Below are positions 55,152-64,000 of a stretch of 64,000 nucleotides of DNA, piece after piece (position 1 is the first letter of the stretch; each line of letters starts with the position of its first letter). A program made the position numbers and the translations under genes. This stretch comes from Gemmatimonadota bacterium. GTDB taxonomy: Bacteria > Gemmatimonadota > Gemmatimonadetes > Longimicrobiales > Gaopeijiaceae. Below the pieces are notes generated by a model. The model made no database searches and was not told the origin of the DNA. It saw only the letters and a list, made by a program, of their open reading frames with translations. The stretch lies in contig JACZXQ010000014.1 of assembly GCA_022571515.1 (NCBI GenBank), positions 27,913-91,912 on the forward strand, in the 5' to 3' direction.

Positions 55152-55163
55152 ACAATCTCCTAT

Positions 55164-55198
55164 CGTCTGGCTTGTAGACGCTGTTGGCAATGTAGACG
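55164..55198. promoter_or_regulatory. candidate PadR operator: CGTCT/AGACG inverted repeat and TGTAGACG direct repeat
   Basis: cgtct (55164-68), tgtagacg (55173-80) and tgtagacg (55191-98) lie 13-47 nt upstream of the padR ATG. Confidence 0.3.
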
Positions 55199-55515
55199 GT
55201 GGCCTGTGCGCGATCAAGGAGGACCCGGCACCGCGGCTTCAGATGTCGGTTGCGCCCGAGCCTCACGTGGGGCCATGCTTTCTCGAGAACTCTGACCCAC
55301 GAAGAGGCATGCATGGCCAAAAGCAAGTCACCCGCGCGCACCTGGCTCAAGGTTCTGGACCCCGGCGAGTTGCCGGGTCGAGAATTCCGAGGACGAGGAG
55401 GGCGCCCTCAGGGACGCGTTGGCGCACCGGGGTCCCGCGCTGGTCGAGATCAATCACCGACCCCCTGCTGGTGTGATCCTGATGCACCCTGGCCGAGCCA
55501 CCTGAGTCTCCCACG

Positions 55516-56427
55516 ATGAGAGTCGTCATCGCGTTGGGCGGAAACGCCCTCCTCCAGAGAGGCGAGAAGCCCACAGTGGAGGTTCAGCGGGGGCACATTC
55601 AACGAGCGGCCCGCGCCGTAGCGGAGGTGGCACGGGAGCACACCGTGGTCGTGACCCACGGCAATGGTCCACAGGTCGGCCTCTTGGCGGCGAGAGCGAT
55701 CGGGCAGAGAGAAACGGACGCATATCCGCTCGATGTTCTCGGCGCAGAGTCGATGGGCATGATAGGCTACCTGATCGAGCAGGCGCTCACGAACGAACTT
55801 CCGAGCCGGCGGATCGCGACGCTGCTCACCCAGGTCGAAGTTCGCTCCGACGACCCCGCCTTCCACAACCCCACCAAGCCGATCGGGCCCGTCCTCACGA
55901 AGCGCGAAGCAGAGCAGTTGTCGAATCGCCATGGCTGGTCGGTCGCGCCTGAAGGGGAACATTACCGGCGGGTCGTGGCATCACCCCACCCCGTGCGCGT
56001 GCTCCAGTCAGAGATCATCAAGATGCTCGTGGACGACGGAGTCCTCGTCATCTGTGGCGGCGGTGGTGGCATTCCGGTGGTTGCCGACGCGAGCGGCACC
56101 ATCTCGGGAGTGGAGGCGGTGATCGACAAAGATCTGACGGCTGCGCTGTTGGCCCGTTCGCTCGGCGCCGATGTCCTGCTACTGCTCACCGATGTTTCGG
56201 CCCTTCAGGACCGATGGGGCTCTCCGGATGCAGAATCCATCAGAACCACCAGCCCCGCGCGGCTGCGAGGCATGGACCTAGCTACGGGCTCCATGGGCCC
56301 AAAGGCAGATGCCGCCTGCCGCTTCGTGGAATCCGGACTCGGTTTCGCCGGCATCGGCGCCATCGACGACGCGGCGGCGATTCTGAGGGGTGAGGCGGGC
56401 ACCATCGTGCGAACCGGGGATGTGTGA
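55516..56427 (+). CDS. arcC: carbamate kinase
   Basis: MRVVIALGGNALLQRGE...VVVTHGNGPQVG...ICGGGGGIPV...AVIDKDL. Confidence 0.9.
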   Translation: MRVVIALGGNALLQRGEKPTVEVQRGHIQRAARAVAEVAREHTVVVTHGNGPQVGLLAARAIGQRETDAYPLDVLGAESMGMIGYLIEQALTNELPSRRIATLLTQVEVRSDDPAFHNPTKPIGPVLTKREAEQLSNRHGWSVAPEGEHYRRVVASPHPVRVLQSEIIKMLVDDGVLVICGGGGGIPVVADASGTISGVEAVIDKDLTAALLARSLGADVLLLLTDVSALQDRWGSPDAESIRTTSPARLRGMDLATGSMGPKADAACRFVESGLGFAGIGAIDDAAAILRGEAGTIVRTGDV

Positions 56428-56761
56428 AGCCTCGACTCCGGTCGACCGCGAACGAGGTCTCAACGCCCAACCGATAGCTCCGTCGAGCTTGCCTGCCCTA
56501 TTTGTCACCCCCGCGTGGTGAATCTCCCGACAACACGATCAGCGGACCCCCCACAGCTATTCCGCCAGGTGACGGGCATGATTGCCACCGTCCTTCGGCG
56601 ATCCTGAGTGCCGGCGGCACCATCGAGCGAGTAGAAAACGCATCAGATCACGCCTCGGAGGGTGTACCCATGTTCAGAGCCCGCACGATGGGGGGGGGTT
56701 GCGATGCCCGGCGTCGAACAGCATTTTTCTAAATGGGGATCCGCCGAAGTATGCAGCGTCT

Positions 56762-56809
56762 GGCACTACTACCTATCGATAAACGGGTCGGTCTGGACGT
56801 AGTAGTGCC
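56762..56809. promoter_or_regulatory. perfect 11-bp inverted repeat upstream of the SusC-like gene
   Basis: ggcactactac (56762-56772) and gtagtagtgcc (56799-56809) with a 26-nt spacer, ending 70 nt before the ATG at 56879. Confidence 0.35.
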
Positions 56810-56878
56810 CGGGCGGTGCGCCCATCACACTCGGATATCCCCCCAGACCCGCGTAACCCTCAACGTACGGAGCAAACC

Positions 56879-59869
56879 ATGAGAAGACATTTGTTTTCAC
56901 TTTGCTTACTGCTTCTGGCAGGGGTGGCTCTCCCGGCGGACGCGCAGCAGCGCGAGATCCGTGGGCGAGTCGTCTCCTCCCCAGAGCAGTTCGAGTTGCC
57001 CGGCGCCGTGGTAAGCGTCGTGGGCACGCAGATCGGAGCGATCTCCGGTCAAAACGGCGCGTTCCTGCTCTCCGCCCCAGCCGGTGAGGTGCGGATCCGC
57101 GTCACGATGCTGGGCTACAAGACCGGCGAGATGGTGGTGAGCGCGCAGCAAAGCAACGTCACGATCTCCCTCGAAATCGACGTGCTGAACATCGAGGGTG
57201 TCGTCGTGACGGGCCGTGCCACAGCGGTGGCACGCCGAAACCTCTCGATCGCCATCGCCACGATCCCGGTCGGAGAGATGGCCCGCGTGCCGGCGGAGTC
57301 GTTCGAGAAGGCGATTCAGGGCAAGGTCCCGGGCGCTGTTATCGAGACCAACTCGGGCGCCCCGGGAGGCGGTATTCAGGTGCGGCTTCGCGGTACATCT
57401 ACGATCAACGGAGGCTCACAGCCGCTCTACGTCGTGGACGGCATTATCACATCGAACGTCGCGATTCCGTCGAATCAGAACGCGATCAGCCTGGCCAGCG
57501 GTGGGTCCAACCCCTCGCTGACCCAGGACGCGCTGGTGAACCGCATCACCGACCTCAACCCCAACGACATCGAGAAGATCGAGATCCTCAAGGGCGCCGC
57601 GGCGTCCGCGATCTATGGGTCCAAGGCGGCCAACGGCGTGATCATCATCACGACCAAACAGGGCCGCCCGGGCAAGACTCGGTTCGAACTGACCCAACGC
57701 TTCGGCTTCTTCGACATCTCGAACAAGCTGGGCAGCCGCACGTTCGAGACCGTGGACGAGGCCGTGGGCGCCTTCGGGGAAAGTGCCCGAGCCGTGTTCA
57801 CACCGGGGGTGGCGTTCGACCACGAGGAGTTGCTCGGCGGACGTAACGACCTGTCGACCGAGACGATCTTCAGCCTCAGCGGCGGGACCGACCGCACTCG
57901 CTTCTTCGTGTCGGGCCTGTGGAAGAACGACGAGGGGATCATCGACAACACGGGCTTCGAGAAGCAGTCCGTGCGGGTAAATCTGCAGCAGCGGGTCGGC
58001 GATCGGGCCACGCTCACGTTCAACACGAATATTCTGCACACTCTTGCGCAGCGCGGCATCACGAACAACGACAACAGCGGCACCAGCTACTACATGGTGT
58101 TCCCGTTCACGCCCAACTTCGTGAACCTCAGCCGGCAAGCCGACGGCACGTTCCCGGTGAATCCGTTCGAACGCAGCAACCCACTCCAGACGGCCGCTCT
58201 CCTCAAGAACGACGAGGACGTGTGGCGGATGATCGGGTCGGCTGACCTCAACGTCGACGTGCTGAAAAGCACCACCCAGTCGCTCCAGTTCCGCTTTACG
58301 GCGGGTCTCGATTACTTCACTCAGGAGAACGAGATCTTCTCGCCACCCAACCTTCAGTTCGAGCCGAACGACGGGCTCGCGGGCACATCGCTGCTCAGTC
58401 GCAGCGACAACCTAAACCTCAACATCAACGGGAATCTGGTCCATAGCTACACACCCTCTTCGGGTTCCTACACGGCGATCACGTCGGCGGGTATCCAGTA
58501 CTCGGACCAGGACCTCAACGTCTCGCGTATCACCAGCCAGAACCTCATCGCCGGGCAGCCCAACGTGGATGCCGGGACGGTAGTGGGCGTCACAGAGTTC
58601 CGCCAACGTGTGAAGGACTTCGGTGCCTATCTCCAGGAAGAGCTGTTGCTTTTCGATGAGCGGCTCATGCTCTCTGGAGGAATCCGCGCCGACCGGAACA
58701 GCACGAGTGGTGAGCACGACAAGTTCTTCTATTATCCGAAGGCTTCGGCGTCCCTCCGCTTCCCGGACCTCGCGTCTGGAATCGACGAGCTGAAACTCCG
58801 CGTTGCGTGGGGCCAGGCGGGCAACCGGCCCCTCTTCGGCCAAAAGTTCACCGCCCTCACCGGGACAAACAACATCCAGGGAATCCCGACCATCATCGTG
58901 CAGGGTGCCGCAGGTGATGCTGCCCTGAAGCCGGAACGCCAGTCCGAGATCGAGGCCGGTATCGATGTCTCCTTCTTCGATGGTAACGCGAGTCTGGAGC
59001 TAACCGGCTTCCAGAAGAACATCACTGACCTGCTGCTCCGGCGGACGCTGGCGCCCTCCTCGGGCTTCGCCACGCAGATCTTCAACGGTGGCGAGCTCCG
59101 CGTCAGGGGTCTCGAGGTCGCGGTAGCGGCGACACCGATCACCACACGACGATTTTCCTGGGTTTCGAGAGCTACGCTGTACTTCGATCGCAGCGAAATC
59201 CTAGAGCTTCCGGTCCCGGCGTTCAACGCGGGTGGTGGATTCGGAACCTCGCTTGGGGACTTCAAGATCGAGGTCGGCTCGTCTGCCACGCAGATCGTGA
59301 CGAACCTCGGTTTGAACTCCGACGGGACCCAGATCGTCGGCAAGGTCGGCAACGCCAACCCGGACTTCAAGGTCTCCTGGGGTAACGACATCGAGTTCGG
59401 CAACTTCAGCATGTACGGGCTGTGGGACTGGCAACAGGGCGGTACCATAGTCAACCTGACCAAGCTGCTGTTCGACTTCGGCCAGAACTACGTCGATCAC
59501 GAAGATGTCGTCGACCCGGTCGACTTGGGTGACGGAACCATGATCGGCGGCACGAAGGGAGAGCAACGGCTCGGTCTCTGGTTGAACGGTGACAGCCGAG
59601 GCTACATGAACTCTGCCACTTTCCTCAAGCTCCGCGAGGTGTCCGTGTCGTACGAATTCCCGGCGGACGTGGTTTCGAATCTCTTCGGCTCTGCCGTTAC
59701 CGGCCTCACTGCGACGCTGAGCGGGCGGAACCTGCTCACGTTCTCGGAATACGACGGGCTCGATCCCGAGGTGAGCAACTTCGGCAACCAGGCGATCTCG
59801 CGTAACGTGGACGTTGCGCCATTCCCGCCGAGCCGGAGCTTCTGGTTCTCGCTCAACGTGAGCTTCTGA
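56879..59869 (+). CDS. SusC/RagA-family TonB-dependent outer-membrane receptor
   Basis: Signal peptide, carboxypeptidase-regulatory-like domain (IRGRVVSS...GAVVSVVGT...), plug (IEKIEILKGAAASAIYGSKAANGVIIITTK), a long barrel, and C-terminal FWFSLNVSF. Confidence 0.9.
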   Translation: MRRHLFSLCLLLLAGVALPADAQQREIRGRVVSSPEQFELPGAVVSVVGTQIGAISGQNGAFLLSAPAGEVRIRVTMLGYKTGEMVVSAQQSNVTISLEIDVLNIEGVVVTGRATAVARRNLSIAIATIPVGEMARVPAESFEKAIQGKVPGAVIETNSGAPGGGIQVRLRGTSTINGGSQPLYVVDGIITSNVAIPSNQNAISLASGGSNPSLTQDALVNRITDLNPNDIEKIEILKGAAASAIYGSKAANGVIIITTKQGRPGKTRFELTQRFGFFDISNKLGSRTFETVDEAVGAFGESARAVFTPGVAFDHEELLGGRNDLSTETIFSLSGGTDRTRFFVSGLWKNDEGIIDNTGFEKQSVRVNLQQRVGDRATLTFNTNILHTLAQRGITNNDNSGTSYYMVFPFTPNFVNLSRQADGTFPVNPFERSNPLQTAALLKNDEDVWRMIGSADLNVDVLKSTTQSLQFRFTAGLDYFTQENEIFSPPNLQFEPNDGLAGTSLLSRSDNLNLNINGNLVHSYTPSSGSYTAITSAGIQYSDQDLNVSRITSQNLIAGQPNVDAGTVVGVTEFRQRVKDFGAYLQEELLLFDERLMLSGGIRADRNSTSGEHDKFFYYPKASASLRFPDLASGIDELKLRVAWGQAGNRPLFGQKFTALTGTNNIQGIPTIIVQGAAGDAALKPERQSEIEAGIDVSFFDGNASLELTGFQKNITDLLLRRTLAPSSGFATQIFNGGELRVRGLEVAVAATPITTRRFSWVSRATLYFDRSEILELPVPAFNAGGGFGTSLGDFKIEVGSSATQIVTNLGLNSDGTQIVGKVGNANPDFKVSWGNDIEFGNFSMYGLWDWQQGGTIVNLTKLLFDFGQNYVDHEDVVDPVDLGDGTMIGGTKGEQRLGLWLNGDSRGYMNSATFLKLREVSVSYEFPADVVSNLFGSAVTGLTATLSGRNLLTFSEYDGLDPEVSNFGNQAISRNVDVAPFPPSRSFWFSLNVSF

Positions 59870-59925
59870 TCATGACTGCTATGCGAATGAATCGCCTTTC
59901 GAGTCTCAGCGAAGGATATACCAAA

Positions 59926-61272
59926 ATGCGTACACTACCTTTGCTGTCGGTGCTGGTCGGAGCTCTCATGCTGGCTGGATGCAGCGACGATCTCCTGATC
60001 CCCGACTTCAACAATCCGAGTCTGGAAGAGCTCCAGAACAACCCGACACGTGTGCTGGTGAACACCGCGGCCCAAGGCCTGCTGGTGGGAACCCGCGCGC
60101 AGATGGGCACCCGCAACGGATACGTCTCGTTGCTGGGCATTCTTGGCCGCGAATCGTACAACTTCGACGGCTCGGATCCCAGGTTCATCACCGAGATGCT
60201 GGATGGTGCGTTGGACCCGGGCAGCCCGGCGTTCGGCGCCAACCTGTGGACGCTCCGGTACAGAAACATCCGAAATGCCAATATCCTGCTCACCGCTCTC
60301 GTGGAGGTGCAGGGATTCTCCGGCGCGGAGCTCGAAGCGATTCGTGGCTTCGCCAAGACCATTCAGGCGTACGACCTCCTGATGGTCATCAACACCCGGG
60401 ACACGAACGGCGCGGTGATCGACACCGACCGCCCGCTCGATGCCGACCCCGCCCCGATCGTTGGGAGGGATCAGGTGCTTAGCGCCGTTGCTGGGTTGCT
60501 CGACGAAGCTCGCGGGCACCTCCAGGCCGGTGGAGGGAGCTTTCCGTTCATGCTATCCTCCGGCTTCGACGGTTTCGACACTCCCACGACGTTCGTGATG
60601 TTCAACCGTGCCCTCAAGGCACGCGTTGACGTCTACATGGGCAACTTCAGCGCCGCTTTGACGTCGCTGGACACCTCATTCCTCGACAAGGGTGCCGACC
60701 TGTCCTTGGGCGTCTATCACAACTTTGGAGCGGCTTCGGGGGATACCCGAAACAACCTGTTCGATCCTACGCAGACCCCGGACATACTGGCGCACCCGTC
60801 GGCCGCAGCCGCGGCTGAACTCAAGGGGAACGGTGATATCGACGACCGGATCGCCGCGAAGATCCGCACCATACCGGGCCAAACTCAGTTGGGCGTGACG
60901 TCCAGCGAGGCGTTCAGCATCTACCAGAGCACGAGTGCCTCTGTACCGTTCATTAGGAACGAGGAGCTCATCCTACTTCGGGCCGAAGCGAACGCCGGGC
61001 TCGGAAACGTTGCCGACGCCGCGGACGATATCAACTTCATTCGTACGACTTCGGGCGGATTGGCTGCCCGGACCGACATCACGGCGGCCAACGTTCTCGA
61101 CGAGGTCCTCAGGCAGAAGTGGTTCTCGCTCTTGTTCGAGGGCGGGCATCGGTGGATCGACCTGAGGCGGTATGGCAAGCTCGGCGAGCTTCCTCTCGCG
61201 GTTCCGTCGCATCAGGTAAACGCAATGTTCCCCATTCCGGAGGCTGAGACGCTGGCCCGACAGGGCGGCTGA
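59926..61272 (+). CDS. SusD/RagB-family outer-membrane lipoprotein
   Basis: Lipobox LMLAGCS, TPR-like helical sequence, and C-terminal KWFSLLFEGGHRWIDLRRYG typical of SusD-like proteins. Confidence 0.85.
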   Translation: MRTLPLLSVLVGALMLAGCSDDLLIPDFNNPSLEELQNNPTRVLVNTAAQGLLVGTRAQMGTRNGYVSLLGILGRESYNFDGSDPRFITEMLDGALDPGSPAFGANLWTLRYRNIRNANILLTALVEVQGFSGAELEAIRGFAKTIQAYDLLMVINTRDTNGAVIDTDRPLDADPAPIVGRDQVLSAVAGLLDEARGHLQAGGGSFPFMLSSGFDGFDTPTTFVMFNRALKARVDVYMGNFSAALTSLDTSFLDKGADLSLGVYHNFGAASGDTRNNLFDPTQTPDILAHPSAAAAAELKGNGDIDDRIAAKIRTIPGQTQLGVTSSEAFSIYQSTSASVPFIRNEELILLRAEANAGLGNVADAADDINFIRTTSGGLAARTDITAANVLDEVLRQKWFSLLFEGGHRWIDLRRYGKLGELPLAVPSHQVNAMFPIPEAETLARQGG

Positions 61273-61293
61273 TTGTCTCCGCACGTTGTTCTG

Positions 61294-61321
61294 CACCCCC
61301 GGGGTACGTCCCCCGGGGGTG
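61294..61321 (+). terminator. GC hairpin after the SusD-like gene
   Basis: cacccccgggg (61294-61304) pairs with ccccgggggtg (61311-61321), with loop tacgtc. It lies 22 nt after the stop, with no T-tract. Confidence 0.45.
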
Positions 61322-61518
61322 GCAGGGCGGCTCCCACCCCCATCTTGAGTCCATGTACGCTGTTCGTGTGATTTCGCACGACTGAAGGGCTGCCCTCGGC
61401 CACACCCTATCGCCTAGAGATCTCTTCCCTCACCTTGGCCCCTTGTCATCGGCTGGAGCCGGCGTGAGGTAATGCGCGGCGCTCCGTCGATCGAACTCTG
61501 CCTTGGAGGAACTTAGGT

Positions 61519-62391
61519 ATGGTGAGGAGATTGAGCATTCTTGCGGTCATGGGCTTCTTGGCCCTTCCCACCCTCGGTAACGCACAACAGGTAGGTCCGG
61601 CCCGTGGCTCGCTGGTCATCGTCGGCGGCGCCATGCGCGACCCGGCGATATTGCAGCGGTTCATCGAGCTCGCAGGAGGCCCGCACGCAGCGATAGTCAT
61701 CATCCCGACAGCCGGTGGCGGCGACGACTACGATCAGTTCTATGGCGGGCTCAACGCCTTCCGGACGCAAGGTGCGACCAACCTGACGGTCCTGCACACC
61801 AACGACCGTGCAGTGGCCGATTCACCGGAGTTCGTGAAGCCGATCACGGAGGCCACCGGTGTCTGGTTCCCCGGAGGCCGGCAGTGGCGGCTCGTGGACG
61901 CCTACGGAGGAACCCTCACCGAGGTGGAAATCCATAAGGTCCTCGGTCGGGGAGGTGTCATCGGGGGATCCTCGGCAGGGGCCTCGATTCAGGGTTCCTA
62001 TCTCGCGCGTGGCGATTCGCAAACCAACACGATCATGATGGGGGACCATGAGGTCGGCTTCGGCTACCTCAAGAACACCGCCATCGACCAGCATGTGCTG
62101 AGGCGCAACCGGCAGTTCGATTTGATCGAGATCATCGAGGCGAGACCCGAGCTCTTGGGAATCGGCATCGACGAGAACACGGCCATTGTGGTCACGGGAG
62201 ACCGGTTCGAGGTGATTGGCGAGAGCTACGTGCTCATCTATGACAATCAGAAGACGGTCAACGGCAGTGGCAGATTCTACTTCCTGGCTCCGGGCGATCG
62301 TTTCAACCTGGCCACCCGCGAAGGATCGCGGCCCACGCGCTCGACTCAGCCGGTGGGCCCACAGGAGCGGAACCCGTGGCCGGGAGGTTGA
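61519..62391 (+). CDS. secreted S51-family peptidase (cyanophycinase-like)
   Basis: Signal peptide, GSLVIVGGAMRD, WFPGGRQWRL, and GGVIGGSSAGASIQ (nucleophilic Ser in GxSAG). Confidence 0.75.
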   Translation: MVRRLSILAVMGFLALPTLGNAQQVGPARGSLVIVGGAMRDPAILQRFIELAGGPHAAIVIIPTAGGGDDYDQFYGGLNAFRTQGATNLTVLHTNDRAVADSPEFVKPITEATGVWFPGGRQWRLVDAYGGTLTEVEIHKVLGRGGVIGGSSAGASIQGSYLARGDSQTNTIMMGDHEVGFGYLKNTAIDQHVLRRNRQFDLIEIIEARPELLGIGIDENTAIVVTGDRFEVIGESYVLIYDNQKTVNGSGRFYFLAPGDRFNLATREGSRPTRSTQPVGPQERNPWPGG

Positions 62392-62442
62392 GCCCGGGAG
62401 CCTGTCTTGGTCATGGGGCGACCCGTGTCAGCGGACAGGCTC

Positions 62443-62900
62443 CTATCGCGGCAATCGGTCGGGCAGATCGGCGACCACATAGGCTATCACGGCCGACGCT
62501 GAGTCCCACCTCACGGGGGTCGAGCTTGTCGATCGTGTCCGCATGGGTGTGGTGATACCAGAAATAGCGCGTGCCGTCGACCTGAAGTCCCATGACCGGC
62601 ACTCCGTCCCTCTGGAGGGGCCCGATATCGGCCCCGCCGCCTCCACGACTGATCCGGCCCGCATCAATCCGGTCCAGCAAATGCCCGATGCGCTGCATAA
62701 TCTCAAACGCCTCGTCAGACCCGGTAAACCCGAACCCGAGGGGACGAAACACGCCGCCGTCGGACTCCATGGCCGCCACGTGGTCGCCGACCTCCTCCAA
62801 ATGCGTGTCGCGGTAGCCGTTACCACCCGCCCGGTGGAGTTCCGACGCTGCCGCCGAGGCCGAGCATGGGAAGCTCCTTCTGGCGCGGCAGAAGCATGTG
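62443..62900 (-). pseudogene. C-terminal fragment of an M28-family aminopeptidase, frameshifted near 62495
   Basis: ESDGGVFRPLGFGFTG...GGGADIGPLQRDGVPVMGL...YFWYHHTHADTIDKLDPREV is in one frame, and the expected end AVIAYVVADLPDRLPR* is in another. The N-terminal two-thirds are absent. Confidence 0.6.
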
Positions 62901-62953
62901 GATGGACTCTTCGCCACGAACCCAGTGAGGCACCAAGACTTGTTCTCGACACG

Positions 62954-64000
62954 TCAGAGAGCCCCGTGGGTTTCGAACGCCGAGATGAAGGTCGCGCAGC
63001 TTCCGGGCTTGGTCTGGCTGCCGAGCACGATGGTCAAGATCCGTGAAAGAAGCCCGACTTCCTGAACGAGGTTGGTCACGCCCGAACTGGCCAGCTCGAA
63101 CAGCGGAGCCTCGCCCGGGAAGCGAACGAGCGCAGCCTCACTCCGTAGAAGCCATTCATCGTAGGTTTCATCCGGACCGAACACCATCTTGTGGAGGTTT
63201 ATACACGGCGCCAGCATGTTGAACGTCGCCAGGTACTCCCACCGCAGACCTCGTAGCGCGGATTCGTCCTCGACGATACTGGGAATGCCCTTCAGCACGG
63301 TATGGATGTCGTCCTCGTTCACCCCTAGCCTGGAGGCGTGCGCGGCCGCCGCGGCCGACTCACGAGCCCACCTGAGCGTGCTCAGGTCCTCGGTACGGCC
63401 ACGGACCTGGTATAGCCCTTCCAGGGCGTCTCCGCCGAGCCCCACGATAACCACACCCATCAGGTTGTCGATGAGCGTTGGCCCGTGATCGACCAGAAGG
63501 AAGCCCGCCGAGATCAGCTGATGAAGCGTCTGCTCCGCTTGGACCGGGTTTCCGTCCATGACCTCCACCGCCGCCCGGCTGACGTTCGCCAAAGCGGCGT
63601 AGCGAATTTCAGTGAAATGGGGGAGCGGGATCGTGAACATGGACAGCGTGTCCGGGAACGGCACCTGCCAGCGAGTGCTCACCATGTCGGCTTCCCCGGC
63701 ACGCGCCAGAATCTCGAGCTCACCCTGTCCCGGATGGGCGGCGGCCTGCCGAAGCGCAGCCAGCTCGTCGGTGTCGAATCCACTGCCTGTCCGAAGCATG
63801 AGGTCCCTGGCCACATCCTCTTGGAAGATGTTCGGGAATATGCCGGGGTTCGGGAACCAGTGCTCTGGATAAGGCCGGGTCGGCGCTAGCTCGAGTTGCT
63901 CCGCTTCCGGCACCAAGCCCACGAAAGCGAGGTTGTTCAAGGCCAGCCCTGCCTGCACAGGGCTTATTGAAGGGTCCACCTCGACGCGGAACCGGCGCAG
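62954..64000 (-). CDS. hypothetical protein, N-terminus probably outside window
   Basis: A long ORF with codon usage like its neighbours. The frame stays open upstream of the GTG at 63979 to the window edge. No family recognised. Confidence 0.4.
   Translation of the reverse strand: MRRFRVEVDPSISPVQAGLALNNLAFVGLVPEAEQLELAPTRPYPEHWFPNPGIFPNIFQEDVARDLMLRTGSGFDTDELAALRQAAAHPGQGELEILARAGEADMVSTRWQVPFPDTLSMFTIPLPHFTEIRYAALANVSRAAVEVMDGNPVQAEQTLHQLISAGFLLVDHGPTLIDNLMGVVIVGLGGDALEGLYQVRGRTEDLSTLRWARESAAAAAHASRLGVNEDDIHTVLKGIPSIVEDESALRGLRWEYLATFNMLAPCINLHKMVFGPDETYDEWLLRSEAALVRFPGEAPLFELASSGVTNLVQEVGLLSRILTIVLGSQTKPGSCATFISAFETHGAL

Noticed and set aside
55380-55476. A frame reading ..EDEEGALRDALAHRGPALVEINHRPPAGV*, reminiscent of the extreme C-terminus of ThDP-dependent enzymes (acetolactate synthase-like).
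   Set aside because: Only about 30 residues with no upstream continuation. It is plausible as a gene remnant but too short to support as a feature.
1-64000. A search by eye of all intergenic regions for tRNA, rRNA, tmRNA, riboswitch-like leaders and CRISPR repeat arrays.
   Set aside because: No cloverleaf-compatible segments, no conserved rRNA blocks and no regularly spaced direct repeats were seen. A covariance-model scan (tRNAscan-SE, Infernal/Rfam) would be needed to exclude small ncRNAs.

Overview
A 64-kb, high-GC bacterial chromosomal segment. The gene content (PadR-linked duplicated FtsX/MacB-type permease, a SusC/SusD pair, OM beta-barrels) suggests a Gemmatimonadota/Acidobacteriota-like diderm, but this is inference only. 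The backbone is housekeeping and metabolism: purE, greA, tyrS, a menF-menD-menB-menA-menE menaquinone operon, tdh-kbl, pdxH, carbamate kinase, a fatty acid desaturase, and an NAD-type formate dehydrogenase. The formate dehydrogenase catalytic subunit is read through an in-frame UGA (selenocysteine) followed by a SECIS-like hairpin. Between these lie accessory or decaying patches. They include two VapBC modules (one decayed), a 1.4-kb insert flanked by a duplicated kbl 3' end, and a graveyard of IS/integrase remnants (IS110, an IS481-like integrase, an IS91-like fragment, a degenerate IS3). Several genes carry frameshifts. The standout is a tightly packed same-strand cluster at about 19.5-25.5 kb. 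In transcription order it encodes an ABC-2 ATPase and permease, a TlpA-like thioredoxin, two paralogous 50-aa precursors, a C39-peptidase ABC exporter, an unknown polytopic membrane protein and a MauE/DoxX-type redox membrane protein. The two precursors are hidden inside longer ORFs of the supplied track. Each has a textbook double-glycine leader and an almost uncharged, hydrophobic 35-aa core with an identical four-cysteine spacing. I read this as an uncharacterised export and oxidative-folding system for a two-peptide, bacteriocin-like product. A second candidate is a cupredoxin (amicyanin-like Cu loop) translationally coupled to a monoheme-cytochrome/beta-barrel fusion reminiscent of Cyc2. 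It sits beside an IS3-disrupted multiheme cytochrome remnant. No rRNA, tRNA or CRISPR array was recognised.
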